A stretch of 64,000 nt of DNA, taken from assembly GCA_024137785.1 (NCBI GenBank), contig JAHRHZ010000150.1, forward strand, positions 631,627 through 695,626, written 5' to 3'. Origin of the DNA: Ginglymostoma cirratum. Taxonomy: Eukaryota. The notes under the pieces were generated by a model. That model was not told where the DNA came from and made no database searches. It saw only the letters and a list, made by a program, of their open reading frames with translations. The number at the start of each line of letters is the position of its first letter. Within the stretch, counting starts at the first letter, position 1. Shown piece by piece: positions 39,700 through 53,169 of this stretch. The position numbers and the translations under genes are program-made.

Positions 39700-40680
39700 C
39701 TATTTCCTTGATATATTTTGAGGGAGTTTGGTCTGCTGAATAACAGAGAGAGAGGAGAGATGGTAAGAGAGAGTCTGAGAAACAGCGAGAAAAGATTGGG
39801 AAAGAAATAGGGACAGAGGGTGATGGCATGAAAAGGTAGGAAATATGGGGCAGATTGTGGTACCACTTCAGAAATATTAGGAGACACTGAGACTGATAAA
39901 GACAATGAAGAGAACCATAAATGTTAACCAAGGCAGAGGCAGAAATAAGATCAAATGAAGGAAGGAATACATCTTGAGACAAGAGCGCACAAAGGGAGAG
40001 GTGGTGAGAAATAGAGAGACAGACACAGATAAAGAAAACAAGAGGCATAGACAGAGGGCAAAAAAGAAAATACAGAGCTTGAGAAAAAGACAGAGTTAGA
40101 AAGACGAATTGCTTGATAAATAGCTACAGAATGACAGACAAAGATAAGAAAATGACAGGGACATGCAGATAAACAGAAACAGAGAGAGTGCATGGTGCAG
40201 AGACTGAGACAAAGAGAGCCAGATAGACAGGCAAAGTTACAAATGTGAGTGCTGGGAGTTGGGGGTCGTGATGACACACCCTGCCAGAAAAATACATAGA
40301 TACAAAGGTGGAGAAAATCGGAGCTGAAAAGAAGCAGTCAGATAGAAGAAAGAGATGGACAGAGAGTGAGACAAAAAGATGGAAATAGAGAAACGGGCAG
40401 GTAAACAGGGTAAACATACCTTATAAAGGGATAAAAACTTAAAGAGATAAAATCAGAGCGAGACAGATCAAGGCAAGAGAAAGGCAGAGACTGACGAATT
40501 GGGATACGAAAAAAACAGCATCAGAGAGAGTCAGACAGAAAGAGTCAGGGCAGAGAGTAACAAGGCAAGAGGGAGACAGTCTGACAGATACAGACTCAGA
40601 CGCAGTGAGACAGATTAGCACAGAAAGAAAGAGGGAGTGAGAAACTGAGACGGAGAAAGAGAAATGGAATTTCGTCATCG
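39700..40680. repeat. Degenerate purine-rich (GA/GACA) tract
   Basis: Low-complexity AG-rich sequence. Confidence 0.8.
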
Positions 40681-41084
40681 AAAAGGGGACATCAGGAACA
40701 ATATAGACAACGGTCTGATAATCAAGAAAATTCCCTAACTTTAGGAACTCACACTTCTGACACTCACTATTTCAGAAACGCTGAAATAGTTAAGGCTTTT
40801 TTTTTACCAAAATGAGCAGCTTCACACTTATTCAAACAATATTCCATCTACAATGATATAGCACATTCTGTTAATCTACTCTGAGGACATTCCAGTTTCA
40901 GTAATCTCTGCACATATACGGAACTTACCCATCCCTGCAATATACTGTTCTGTGACCTGGAGAACGAGAAAGATACAAAGACTGGTGAAGGGCCACAAAG
41001 CAGCTTATAGGAGTTACGAAAAGGGATTATGAAAGGAAATTTGCCAGGGACTACCTAAACAAGAAGAAGAAATTTTATAGTCAT

Positions 41085-41685
41085 TTGTTGTCAAAAAGAT
41101 GTACAGCATGGAAACAGACCCTTCAGTCCAACTCATTCATGCCGACCAGATATCCTAAATTAATCTAAACCAATTTGCAAAAAAAAAAAAACCCATATCC
41201 CTCTAAACCCTTCCTGTTGGTGTACCCATCAAAATACCTTTCAAATGTTTCAATTTTTCCAGGCTACACCACTTCATCCAAATAGCTCATTCCACACATG
41301 CACCATCCTCTGCGTGACAAAAGCTTCCCCTTAGGTCCCTTTAAATCTTTCCCTTCTAAAACCTATGCCCTCTAGTTTTGGGCTCCCCTATCCTGGGGAA
41401 AAGACCTTGGATATTCACCCCTATCCATGCCTCTCATGGTTCTGTAAACCTGTATTAGATTAGCCTCTGGTGCTCGAGGGAAAATAACTCCAGCCTATTC
41501 AGCCTTTCCGGTAACTCAAATCCTCCAACACTGGAAACATCCTTGTAAATCTTTTATGAACTGTTTCAAGTTTCCCAACATCATTCCTAGAGCAGGAAGC
41601 CTTGAATTGAATGCAATATTCCAAAAGAAGCGTAATCAATGTCATTTAAATCCGCAACATGACCTCCCAACACCTATCCTCAATT
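41085..41685 (-). mobile_element. CR1 3' end
   Basis: Reversed CR1 tail tacagcatggaaacagacccttcagtcc and C-terminal coding remnant. Confidence 0.8.
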
Positions 41686-42859
41686 TTGCATAAAGGGAAC
41701 ATGGGTGGTCAGGAGCAATGTCAACCCCCTAGGTTCTGAATATTGTCAATGACTACAGGGGGATGGCAATAGTGCTGAATAATTATTTTGCCTCAGTATT
41801 TACAGGAGAGAAAAATCAACAAGAAGATTTTTTTCAGTAAAGTCCTTTTGGTAAGGGCAGTGCCACCCTCATCTGGTCTGTTCTACGTGTAACTCCATAC
41901 TCAAAGCAATGTTATTGAATCTTAACTGCCATCTAGGTTAGGTTATGAATGGTGGACTCGCTAGTGATGCCCTCATTCCACATAAGAATGCAAAAATTAT
42001 GCTGCAGCTACTCGAAAACCCGGTTAGAACCCATGTGGAGGTCTGTGAGCAGATGTGGGCACCACACCTTAAGAAGGAGATATTGGCCTTCAAGGGAGAA
42101 AATAAGTAGATTTACAAGAATGCTAGCTGGACTTTAACGTTGTTATGAGGAGAGATTATACAAACTGGGCCAGTTTCCTCTAGAATTAATAAGACAGGGT
42201 AGATAAAGATAAATTAATTGCACTGGTTGGCGATTCTAGATCAAGGGTCTGACAATGAGGGACATGCTGTTCAGAAGTGCTGTTAGGAAGAACTTCCACA
42301 GAGGAATTTGTTAGAGGTTTGGGAGATTCTTCCACAAACAGCAATGGATGCTGAACCAGTTGTTAATTTTGAATCTGAGATAGATAAATATTTGTTCAAC
42401 AAAGGTATTCATGGATAAGGTACAAAGTTAGGTATGTGTAGTCAGGCTACATATGAACCATTGAATGGCAGAACATGATCTATTCCTATGTTCCTATGAC
42501 TATCAATCTCAACTCAGAGACTTTTCAAAGGATTGACATTCTTCTTAAAGTGCGGTGCTCATAAGTGGGCATACCAATCCTGTCAATTTCCTAGAATTCA
42601 TATCAGGTCCAATCCTCCAATTATGGCTGAAACAGTCAATTACAAAGATGCAGAGATATATCCCACTAAGTGAACGGCTGAAAGATTTGGAATACTGCAA
42701 GCAGTATTTACTTCAAATATTGCTCAAGAAAAAAAAAACAGTCAGAGATTTGAAAACTTCACTGACAGATTTTGTGTCAACATATTTAATTCAACAGACA
42801 AATCATTGCTTAGTTTGAATCATTGAATGAGCTTGTCGTTGACAAAGGCATACATTGGA

Positions 42860-43225
42860 AAAAGAGGAGACCATTTAGCTCCTTCTCCAGCCTGTCTCAC
42901 AGAAATAGGAGGAGGTCGCTTCAGCCCCTCCTCCATCCTATAACATAGGAGCAGGAGAAGAGCCATACAGTTCCTTCTCCAGCCTGCTTGCACAAGAGCG
43001 TAAAGATACCATTCAGCCCCCTCTCCATCTTGTTATGTAGGAAGTGGAGGAGAGCATTCATCTCCCTCTTGAGAATGTCACACAGGAACAGGAGGAGATA
43101 ATTCATTTTGAGACATTAAAGAGGATTACCAGGAGGCCATTCACCCAGTCTTGTGCACTGCACAAGAACAACAGAAGGCCATTACACTAGTACACTCTGT
43201 TCCACGTGAAAAAGCGAAGGCAGGA
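42860..43225 (+). repeat. ~45-50-bp satellite apparently derived from a CR1/HE1 tail (aggaggccattcagcccct.cagcctg)
   Basis: About seven degenerate units. Confidence 0.7.
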
Positions 43226-43619
43226 GGGAAGTGGAAACTGTGAGGTGTGGTGGAGTGTGTGAGGTTGTTATGTATCTTCAGTTACTCAATGCAGTGAGGT
43301 TGTTTGTATATGTCAGGGCGAGGTTTTTGATTTATTTTATTTCAGTTCTTTCATTTGTCAATGAAATACTTTCAATTAAAATGCAATGTACTTCCTATGG
43401 TCTATTTGACTGGCATCCCACATCACAACACTCTCCGACTCCCAAAGTCTTTGTCTTCAACTGCTTATACCTCCCATTGATTAAGATCATGCTATCTCCG
43501 TGACAGCCAATAGGTCATCAGTTTTCTCTCCATCTTTCTCTTTCTTACACCTAAGTCTTCAGACGAAGATTGAAAAAATGAACTCCGATGACAGTCTGAA
43601 AATCAAGTCCAGTAAAGCC

Positions 43620-43910
43620 TTGACGTCACAAAGCTGGGTGGGAGGGTGAGCTGTGAGGAGGATGCAGAAGTCATTCACTGTGGCTTGGATAAGCTGAGTG
43701 AGTGGGCAAATGCATGGCAGATGAAATATAACATGCATAATTATGAGGCTGTCCACTTTGGTAGCAAACACAAGAAGGCAGATTATTACCTGAATGGCGA
43801 TAGGTTGAGAAAAGTGGATGTGCAACAAGTCGAGGGTATCCTTGTATACCACTTGCTGAAGGTAAGCGTGCAGGTGCAGCAGGCAGTGAAAAAGGTGAAT
43901 GGTCTGTTAG
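43620..43910 (+). mobile_element. CR1 RT fragment
   Basis: LDKLSEWANAWQMKYN..VHFG..QVQQAVKKVNG. Confidence 0.85.
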
Positions 43911-43949
43911 CTCGAAACGTCAGCCTTCCTTCCTCATCATCCATGCTAT

Positions 43950-44954
43950 CCCTTTGCATGTGTGTATAAAGATTTCTCCATCCATATGTGCGCCTATTTG
44001 CATCGCTGTGTGTGCATTATGTGTGCGTCTCTCTGTTTGCCTCTCTGCCTCGGTGTACAAATATTTGTCCAACTGTGTATGTCTCTGTCACTATCATGTG
44101 TTTGTGGGTACCTCTGTATATGTGAGTCTATGTGCTCGTGTGTATCTCCATGACTGGGAAGTTGAATGAATTTTAAAAGGTCAAAGCCTCTCTCTCTCCG
44201 CTTCTTCTCTTGTGATTGAAGTGATGCAATGCCATCCTCTACTGACGAATTAATGCAACTGCATACATAGAGGGTGAACTGACATTTCCGAGGACGTGCC
44301 TTTGGACTTGAGACATGGACTCATTCATTTCTGTACAGATACTGCCAAGACTGCTGAGTTTTTCTAAGTGGCTTCCCGTGTGCATTTAATAATCCGTGTG
44401 TGAGATAGTTTCTGTATGCGACAGTCTGTGAATGCCTGTTTATGAATCGTGTGCACTTTGACTTTAATGTTTTTTGCATGCTCGCTTTCCTCTCTATCTA
44501 CGTATTTGTGTACCTGAGTCAGTAAGACCGCATTATACTGGTGCCTGGGTGCTTTCGTTGCGTGGTTATTCTTTTGCATGCGCTAGCAGGTGTCTGATTT
44601 TACATTCACGCATGACGCTTATTGTGTGTATATGCATGATTCATGCGTTTGAGGTTTTTTGCAGGTGTGTGTAAGAGCTTGTTTTCTCTATCTATCAGTT
44701 TGCTATTGTTTGGGCAAGGGAGATTATGTCTGTTTGCATGAGCTGTGTTGCGTGCGTGCATCTGTAAGCCTGTGCTTGTGTGTAAGCTTGATAGCTAAAT
44801 GTTTGTGAGTTTTTTTTTAATGTGTCCCAGTTATGTGTGAATTTATAAGCTGACATTTTCTGGATATGTGAAACAGTTTATGTTTGTGCGCTAACTGGTT
44901 GATGTGTCAATGTGTGTCTTTCAGTGGATGACGGAGGATGTGCCTTTATGGTGC

Positions 44955-44986
<32 letters not shown>

Positions 44987-45110
44987 AAGAAAACCTGTGG
45001 GTGCTTCTTTCAGCATGTGAAAGTGTGTCGTTCCCTTTCTCTTTCTGTGTGTGAGTGCAAACTTGTGCGTTCGTTTCGCTGTGTGAAAGATTGATTGATT
45101 TTTGTCTACC
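43950..45110. repeat. Degenerate (TG)n tract
   Basis: TG-rich low complexity. Confidence 0.7.
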
Positions 45111-45129
45111 GAAATACCGTGAAAAGCTT

Positions 45130-47010
45130 TGTTTATGAGCGGTACAGGTAGATCACAGCAAGCAAAGCATGTACAACTCAAAAAGATTTAGAGCCATACA
45201 GGCTTATTTGAAGCTAAAGTCCATTCAGCAGTCTGATAACGGCCAGATAGAAGCTGTTCCTGAACCTGCTGGTGTGTGTGTTTAGGCTTCAGTATCTTAC
45301 GCCTGACGGAAGAGGTTGTAGGAGGTCATTACCTGGGTGCGATGGGTCTTTGATGATGTTGGCAGCATTTTCTGGGCAGCGAGCCATGCAAATGGATGGA
45401 AGATTGGCTTCCATGATGGTCTGGACTGTGCACACCACCTTCTGTAGTTTCGTATGGTCCTGGGAAGACCAGTTGCCATAGCAGGCCATTATGCACCTGG
45501 ACAGCGTGCTTTCAATGGTGAATCTGTAAAGGTTGGTGAGGGGCCTCGTAGGCATGCCAGATTACCTGAGCTGTCTAAGGAGGATGAGGCGTTGTTGTGC
45601 CTTTTTGTCGTATTTATGTGTGAAGTCTAGGACAAGTCATTGGTTATTGTCATTCCGAGGAACTTGATGCTCTTCACTCTCAGTTCTGTTGATGTAGATG
45701 GGGGAGTGTTTTCTTCCTTTCTTTCAGAAGCTGATGATCAGATCTTTAGTTCTTCTGATGTTGAGACACAGATTATTTTCATAGCTCCAGGTCACCAAGG
45801 CCTCTATCTCTCTTCTGTAGTATCACTCGCTGTTGTTAGATATCCGTCTCATTATGGTGGTGTCATCTGTGAACTTTTAGGTAGCATTCATTGGGTATTC
45901 GGCAACACAGTTGTCGGTGTACAGTAGGGGGCTGCGGATGCATCCTTGAGTGGCTCCAGTGTGGACTGTTATTGTGGAGGAGGAACAGTTACCTATCATC
46001 ATTGATTGTGACCCATGGGACATTAAGCTGAGGATCCAGTTGCAGGGGGTGGAGGGGTGACCAATGTGTCATTGTCTGCTATCTTACACTGTTGAATTTT
46101 TCATTCTGTAATGCCATTTAGTCCTTGCCATAGACGGTGGGTGTCTGTAGGGTGGGTCTGGGCCTCCACCTTGGTCCAGTACTGCCTTTTGGCTTCCCTA
46201 GTGTCCTTCTGGAGGTCAAATCTGGATTTTCTGTATCAGTCCGGGTCACCCACCGCACTTCACTTATAGGGCGCAGTGGGGAGTGCCAGAGGTGCGACAA
46301 GTCTCCGTGAAGCAGAGCATACATCGGTCTGTCAGTTCCCTCTGATAAGTAAGTGTAGATCTGAGTTCATCCATTTTTTTTCTGATACTTTGGACGTTTG
46401 GTAGGAATATGCTGCGGAGGGAGTCTTGAAACCACGTAGTTTCAACCTCACCTTTAGGCCAGCACCTTTCCCCAGTTTCCTTGTCGGTTTCCTGCATCCT
46501 GACGGTCCGGGGAGTCGGTGGTGCGAGTGTGTTGTTTCAATGGGCAAGTGAGCTGGCTCCGGCTGGTCTGGGCCTCCCCGGGGGGCAGGATGTCGCAAGG
46601 TCGGGGTTTGGGCCTGGCTGGTCTGATCTCCTCGAGGACAAGTTACGAAGGTGGAGTTTCTGATCATGGGCGATCCTGGGTGCTGGTGGAGTGAATCTCC
46701 TTTTTTTGCAGGTAAGTGAGTTGGGCCTGGTCGTGCCGGGCCTCCATGGGGTGTGGTAGTCAGGGGATCGGGCCTAGGCTATTCAGGCCTCCTCAGGGTT
46801 GCTCTGCTGCCAGCCTTGGGTAGGTTTGAGTTCCAGTGGGTTGAGCAAGTATTGGAGCCAATTCCATTCCAGGTTAGGTCACTGCAGGTTCATGGGTCGG
46901 GCCTGGGTCCTCGTGGATCCTGCGGGAAACCGATAGGTCTGTCCTGGGTCTGCGAGTCCAGCATTGCCAATACTCAGGTCCGGATGACGGAAGGATCTTT
47001 AAACCTGTAA
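45130..47010 (-). mobile_element. Rex1/Babar-clade LINE, internally deleted, including 5' region
   Basis: LTNLYRFTIESTLSRCIMACYGN..QDHTKLQKVV..IIKDPSHP..QPLPSG; SIFLPNVQSIRKKMDEL...LCFTET; AGLKVRLKLRGF. Confidence 0.85.
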
Positions 47011-48717
47011 TTAGATTTAAAAGAACATTATTAGTAATTACTGGTATCTCTTTATGTGTGTGTGCATGTGCGTGTATAACTGAGCCTTGTGTTTCTTTCA
47101 GTGTGTGAGAAAGACTGCATCTTTGTATGCATGTTGGTGTGTGTTTCTTTCAGCATGTCAGAGAGTGTATGTATTTATGTGTGTATGTGTGTGTGTGTGT
47201 GTGAATGAATCTTAATATGTTTCTTTCGGAGTGTGAGAGAAAGTTTGTCTTTGTGTGCGTGTATGAGAGAGAGTGAGATCATGTATGTGTTTCTTTCAGT
47301 GTGTGAGAAAAAGGTTTGTCTTTATGTGTGCGCGCGTATGTGCGTGTGTGTGTGCGTGTGTGTATGTTTGAGCTGTTTGAGCCTGTGTCTGTTTCTTCCT
47401 TTAGAAAATGTGTGTCTTTATGTGTATGTGCACGAGTGAGGCTTTCTTTCAGAGCATGTTGGTTGGTCTTTCTGCATCCATTATGAGAGGTAACATGCCT
47501 TTCTCTGTGCGCATACATCTGGTGCTTTGTATTTGTCTTTATGTTGCCTCTCAGTGCATCGTTCCCTCAGTTTACACCCAGCGAATTAGTTTGGCGAATC
47601 ACACTGTCACACATTGGTGGAATAAGCCCTGCTACATGGAACAAGGGAGCAGTTTGACTGAGGAATATCTCATGTTTCACAAAAGACACAGGATCCATCA
47701 GAATAGAAGAAGACTGTGAGAGTGTTTCTGAAAATGTCAGCTCTTTAAGTGTGATCAGTACAGTTCACTGTACACTGTCGACACACCCTCCCTGCCTTGT
47801 CTCCCTCGCGTCAGTATATAGTATCGTTTTAAGTGTATCATTGGAATGCGTTTCGAGTAACAAGCGTTAAATTAAAAAAAAATCAGTTCCAACCTCGTTC
47901 AACTCATGGTGACAACGAAACTGTCATTGCATTTCAGAAACGCGTACTTGGTTCACTCGTGTCCTTTTGGGAAGGAAATCCGCCGTTCTCACCTGATCTG
48001 AACTCGATGACCTCCAGACCCACAACATTAGGGCTGATGCTGAAGTGACCTCTGAAATTGCCAGGCAATGCATCACTGGCACAAAACTGTGACAGTGTAG
48101 ATCATGAAGATTCAAGAGATGTCTCGCCACCATCATCTCAATGGCAACTCCGAATATGCAATAAATGTTAGCCTTGCCAGCCACACCCCCATCCCAGATG
48201 AAGTGGACACCATTGTCTTGTGAAAGACTGCTTCTCCTTGAAGTGTCTGGTTTATCAATTTCGGTATATATTTTGAGTCCTTAGGCATTCATTCCATTTC
48301 TCCCTTCCTGACCTTTCACTCATTCCTGCCGGTTCACTTTTCAGGTATTGGTCCAAATCTGTTATGAAATTTGTTGCTATGCCACTCAGGCCACAATTTC
48401 AAACAATGCATTTCCGATCAGAACATCTCGATCGTTCTCTTCAACTTTCATTTGCACTTTCAATCAATTATCTTCCATCATCTTCAGTGTATGAACCCTG
48501 GCCCATTTCCTCCCAAAACTTTCCTATTCATGCACCTTTCCCAAATGTCTTTTAAACGTAGTAGTTGTACCCGCATCCACCACTTTCTCGGGAATTTCAT
48601 TCTACTCACCAACCACCCACGAGTTCAAGATCAATGCAAACCCTCTGCTTAAATGTAATCCTTTTTCAAATGAGTTATTGTCAGAAATTGGCATCTAATC
48701 CACTTTACACTCGACAG

Positions 48718-49025
48718 AAATTCTGGTCTCCTACGTGGAACAGTCTCTTTCATTCGTGCTATTTGGAGGTGGAGACTCGACTACACTCAGATGCACGCTG
48801 AAGGACACTAGCTATCCTCGAATGCCCTGGTACAAACAGCAACCAGAGCGGTCAATGGAAGCCTTATTCTTCTCTGCTAGAGAAGGCCTTGTTACCAATT
48901 ACAGAACCAAGTCTTGTCATTCCGAAAGCCTCAGCAAGACGCTGTTTACCTTGGAACTGAGAGGTGCCTCCCTATCTTACACGACTCTCTATTTTTGAGA
49001 AAGTGACTTTTCAGCTACAAAAACC
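48718..49025 (+). pseudogene. TRBV-like pseudogene 1 (second Cys and RSS heptamer deleted; no leader found)
   Basis: cag|aa ILVSYVEQSLSFV..TLRCTLKDTSYPRMPWYKQQ...TLYF then TGA; RSS spacer and nonamer acaaaaacc (49017-49025) retained. Confidence 0.9.
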
Positions 49026-49548
49026 TGCCTCTGACCCCAGGGATATTCAGGTCTTATTGTCCACCATCAGATGATTGATGTTCAGGGCACATTTTCTGTG
49101 ACCAGGTTAAGATTCAGAGAATATGGAGGACAGATGGCGGAATTCAGCACGTCTCTTCATTCTCAGTGCTCTGTGAGAAGTCTACTGTCAATCACAATCT
49201 CTCCTTGATCTTGAACCATAAACTACAGAATCATTTCCCTTCACTTATTTACTCAAATATCTTTTAATGACATTATTAAATCTGCTTCTAGAATCTTGTA
49301 TCCAACAACTAATTGTTCCTCACATGGAAAATCTCTTCTCCCCCACTCTCAGGGCCTCCTCCCACAAGCTGATCCTATTCACATTTAGTGGAAATCAGTG
49401 TCTCTGATGACTGTCCTTTAACCGACTGGAAACACACTCCCCCGTTTCCCGAAAAGAAACATTTCCGTATTCTGGGCAGTGCAAATTGATCTCCCCTTAA
49501 TCACTCCTGCATTACAGAATGTTAAAACAGGTTGATCGAAAGTTAAAC

Positions 49549-49745
49549 CAGGAACAAAAACAAAGTTGCTGGAAAAGCTCAGCATGTCTGGCAGCATCTG
49601 TTAAGTAAAAAAACAGAGTTAACGTTTCGGGTCTGCTGACCCTTCCTCAGAACTGATGCTGCCAGATCTGCTGAGCTTTTCCAGCAACGTTGTTTTTGTT
49701 CCTGATTTACGGCATCCACAGTTCTTTGGTTTTTGATTTTATTTA
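49549..49745. mobile_element. Fold-back family B Penelope mini-element with 11-bp TSD
   Basis: Inverted arms (caggaacaaaaac...ctggcagcatc / gatgctgccag...gtttttgttcctg); TSD gaaagttaaac at 49538-49548 and 49746-49756; absent from the paralogous site near 56185. Confidence 0.85.
49617..49654 (-). ncRNA. Minimal type I hammerhead ribozyme (Penelope family B)
   Basis: AGUU-CUGAGGA-A-GGGUC-agca-GACCC-GAAA-CG-UU-AACU: perfect 4-bp stem I, 5-bp stem II, palindromic stem III. Confidence 0.8.
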
Positions 49746-50507
49746 GAAAGTTAAACTACATCAGCCTATCACTAGATTTGCAACACAGTGAACTTAAAAT
49801 ATTCACCGATCCTTAAAATTGTTCAATTGTTCATGACCAGAATTTAATCTGATTTTAGGTACAGAGTTTATAACTTAGACAAATATTAACAATTTCCTGT
49901 TAAGAATGCCACCTCAACGGAACGCAGATGAATAAGACAGTTTAATTAATTTCAATGATCTAAGCTCAATCGTCTTAATTATAAAATCCCATTCACACAC
50001 CAACAGACAGACAGCCACAATTAATGGATAAATTAACAAAGAACATCAAACAACTGTAAATTACCAGTTCAATTGCAATTTTAATGAAGAATACCAAACT
50101 GTTGTGAAATTCTTTGGCAATATGCTTTATTATAGGCGTGTGGAAGTCTATATTTTCCTTCAAATCCAAATGACTGGTCAATGCAAATAACCCTGGAACT
50201 GTAGACTTTCACGTATTTGCCACAGGCTGGGTTGCTTCTCAGAACGTTAAATATGTCAATAACAATTGATTATCTGGAGAGAGCAAAACCGAACAAGAAC
50301 TTCGCAGTCTAGCGTCTTCCCAAACTAAAAAAGAACTGCCTCATACCCAAAAAAGCCTAGTAAAAACTATTTCACTCACTGTTTTCCCTTTATTGTTCAG
50401 CATTCTCTGTGATGGATTGGCCAACACCGATCCTCTCTAAATTTAACAATTCAACGTCCACCAACTCCCAGTCTTTGTATCGTCCATCAACCTACCAATT
50501 CTCCCAG

Positions 50508-50605
50508 CGAGATAACAAGGTGTAGAGTTGGATGAACACAGCAGGCCAAGCAGCATCAGAGGAGCAGGAAAGCTGACGTTTCAGGCCTAGACCCTTCTTC
50601 AGAAA
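50508..50605 (-). mobile_element. Family A Penelope pLTR fragment with hammerhead core
   Basis: gagataacaaggtgtagag...gctgacgtttcaggcctagacccttcttcag. Confidence 0.8.
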
Positions 50606-50629
50606 ATTATATTAATTATACCAGCTCTG

Positions 50630-53000
50630 TTTTTCTCGAAATCATTTATGTAGATCATGACCAACAGAGGTCCCAGCACTAACCCTGAGGAACATTACTA
50701 GCCACAACCCTCCATTCCAAAACAAAACATCCTTCCACTGCTACCCTCTGTCTTCTAAGACTAAACTGCTTCTGTATCAAACTTGCCAGCTCACCCTTGA
50801 TAACATATGGCTTCACCTTTTGTGTCATGACAGACCTTGTCAAAGACTTTACTGAGCTCCATGTAGACAACATCAATAGCTTTTCCCTCATCAATTATCT
50901 TTGAAAACACCTTAAAAAAAACTCGATCAGTCAGGCACGACCTCCCCCACACAAAACCATGCTGTCTGTCTCTAATCAGTTCATTTGCTTCTAAATGCTT
51001 TTACATATTGTCCCTGAGAATCTTTTCCAATAATTTCTCTACAGCTAATGCCAAACTCACAGAGCTGTGATTTCCTGGATTATCCCCGCTTTCCTTCTTC
51101 AACAATGGAAAAACATTAGCTTTTCTCCAGTCCTCTGGGACCACGCCTGTGGACAAAGAGGATACAAGGATGTCTGTCAATGCTACAGCAAATTGTTCTC
51201 TTGCCTCCCTTAATATTCTGGGATAGATCCCACCAGGACCTGGCAAAGTATCTACCTTAATACTTTTTAAGATGCATAACAGCTCTTCCTTTTTAGTAGC
51301 AACTTGTCTTAGAAATTCAACATTCTCTCCATGAAATCACCCTCCACCAATTCCTTCTCTTTGGTGAATACTGATACAAAGTATTCATTTAGGACCACAC
51401 TTACCTCTTCTGGCACACATAGATTCCATCGTTTGTGCTCGATGGGTCAACCCTTTCCCTGGCTATCCTATTGCTTTTTATACGTGCATAAAAAAATCAT
51501 TGGGATTCTCGTTAATTCTGTTTTCTAATGACATTTCGCGATCCTTTTTGCCCTGTGTTAGTTCTTTCCTACTTTCCTTATAGACTTCAAAGGCTTTGTA
51601 AATTCCCATCCTCCAAGACCATACATATGCTTCCATTTTCTTTATGACCAACGTCATAACATCCCTGGTCATCCACGGTTTACGTAACTTGTCATACCTA
51701 TCCTTGATTCTCGCAGGAACATGCCGCTTCTGAACTCTTATCATCTGCCGCTTGAAAGGTTCCCACATGTCTGAGTTACCCTCAAACAGCCACCTCCAAT
51801 CAAAACTCCCCACTTCCTGCCTCGTATTGTTATAGTTCGCCTTCGCCCAATTTAACACTTTCATTCAAGGGCTACTGTTAGCCCTATCCACGTGTGTCTC
51901 AATACTCATGGTATTGTGGTCACTCCTCCCAAAATGCTCCTCCAATGAAACTTCCCTCACCTGGCTGGGCTCATTTCCCAAAACCAGTCTTGGTATAACT
52001 CCTTCCCTGTTTGGGCTGTTGACATGCTGCGTCAGGAAGCCAGAGATAAAAGGTACTGCAGATGCTGGAAAATCCGAGATAACAAGGTATGGGGCTGGAT
52101 GAACACAGCAGGCTAAGCAGCATCGTAGGAGCAGGAAAGCTTGACGTTTCAGGCCTAGACCCTTCATCAGAAATAGGGGAGGGGAAGAGGGTTCTGAAAT
52201 AAATAGGGAGAGAGGGGGAGGCGGATAGAAGATGGATAGAGGAGAGGATAGGTGGAGAGGAGGCAGACAAGTCAAAGAGGTGGGGATGGAGCCAGTAAAG
52301 GTGAGTGTAGGTGGGGGGTGGGAGGGTAGGGAGGAGATAGGTCAGTCCAGGGAGGACGGACAGGTCAAGGGAGCGGGATGAGGTTAGTAGATAGGAGATG
52401 GGGGTGGGGCTTAAAACCATGTTTCTGTTTTGCAGGGAAATAGCTACAGGAGAGACCTGTATTGCTTATTTAGCACCCCCCCCCGCTCTGCTTGGATGTG
52501 GCCCATTATCTTTTGCTGCCTGTGGAATCTTGATTCTGCGGTGTGATCACCTCTCTATACGCACTATCCATGACACTCTCTGCCTCGTGAATACCTCACA
52601 ATGTCGCCACACACCACTCCAACTAAGAAAATCGGGTGGTCCAGGAGTTATAGCTAGAGACACTTGCACACAGGCAAGTCCTGGGCACTGTAAATGTGCC
52701 CGGCTTCCCACATCGAACAATAGGAGCAGGTTATGATTTGAAGCTCTCCTGTCATGTCTTACCCCTTTAATTTAATTAATCCTTACATTGTCAAATGCTT
52801 TTAATACTAAATTGAAGTTGCTGATGCTCTCTGCTCCGATAAGAATTTCTCAAAACTTACCTGTTACTCACCAAAAGCAATTTCTAGAAACAGTTTAGGC
52901 TCGCACTCCTTTACCCAATGGAACTCTCACTGCCGACTTTGCTCTCACAATGTTCCAGCTCCTCTCCTCCGAACCTTGCCTCTTTTTTTGAGTCAGAGGA
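50630..53000 (-). mobile_element. CR1 LINE 5' portion (5'UTR, ORF1 zinc finger, ORF2 part), interrupted by a Penelope pLTR
   Basis: ORF1 start MTGELQIITCSYCSMWEA..CKC at ~52755; LVLGNEPSQV..EHFGRSDHN; PGPGGIYPRILREAR; VPEDWRKANV. Confidence 0.85.
52040..52412 (-). mobile_element. Family A Penelope pLTR with hammerhead core
   Basis: Matches 14720-15095 reversed; core at ~52140-52175. Confidence 0.85.
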
Positions 53001-53169
53001 GGAAAGAGGAATGGAAACTCTACAGAAATGTAATGTTTGGGGCTAACCGTTCCTTAATAACAGGTTCTTCCACGATACCCTCGACACTCGCACAGACTGC
53101 AAAGTCCACTTGCAGAAAATAAACAAATGATGTCTCAGCGCCCTATGGTTGGACCTGAAGTTGTTTTTT

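Noticed and set aside
49993-50181. Hydrophobic short ORF (paralog at 56347-56685) as a possible extra exon
   Set aside because: Reading frame and residues are not conserved between the two cassette copies.
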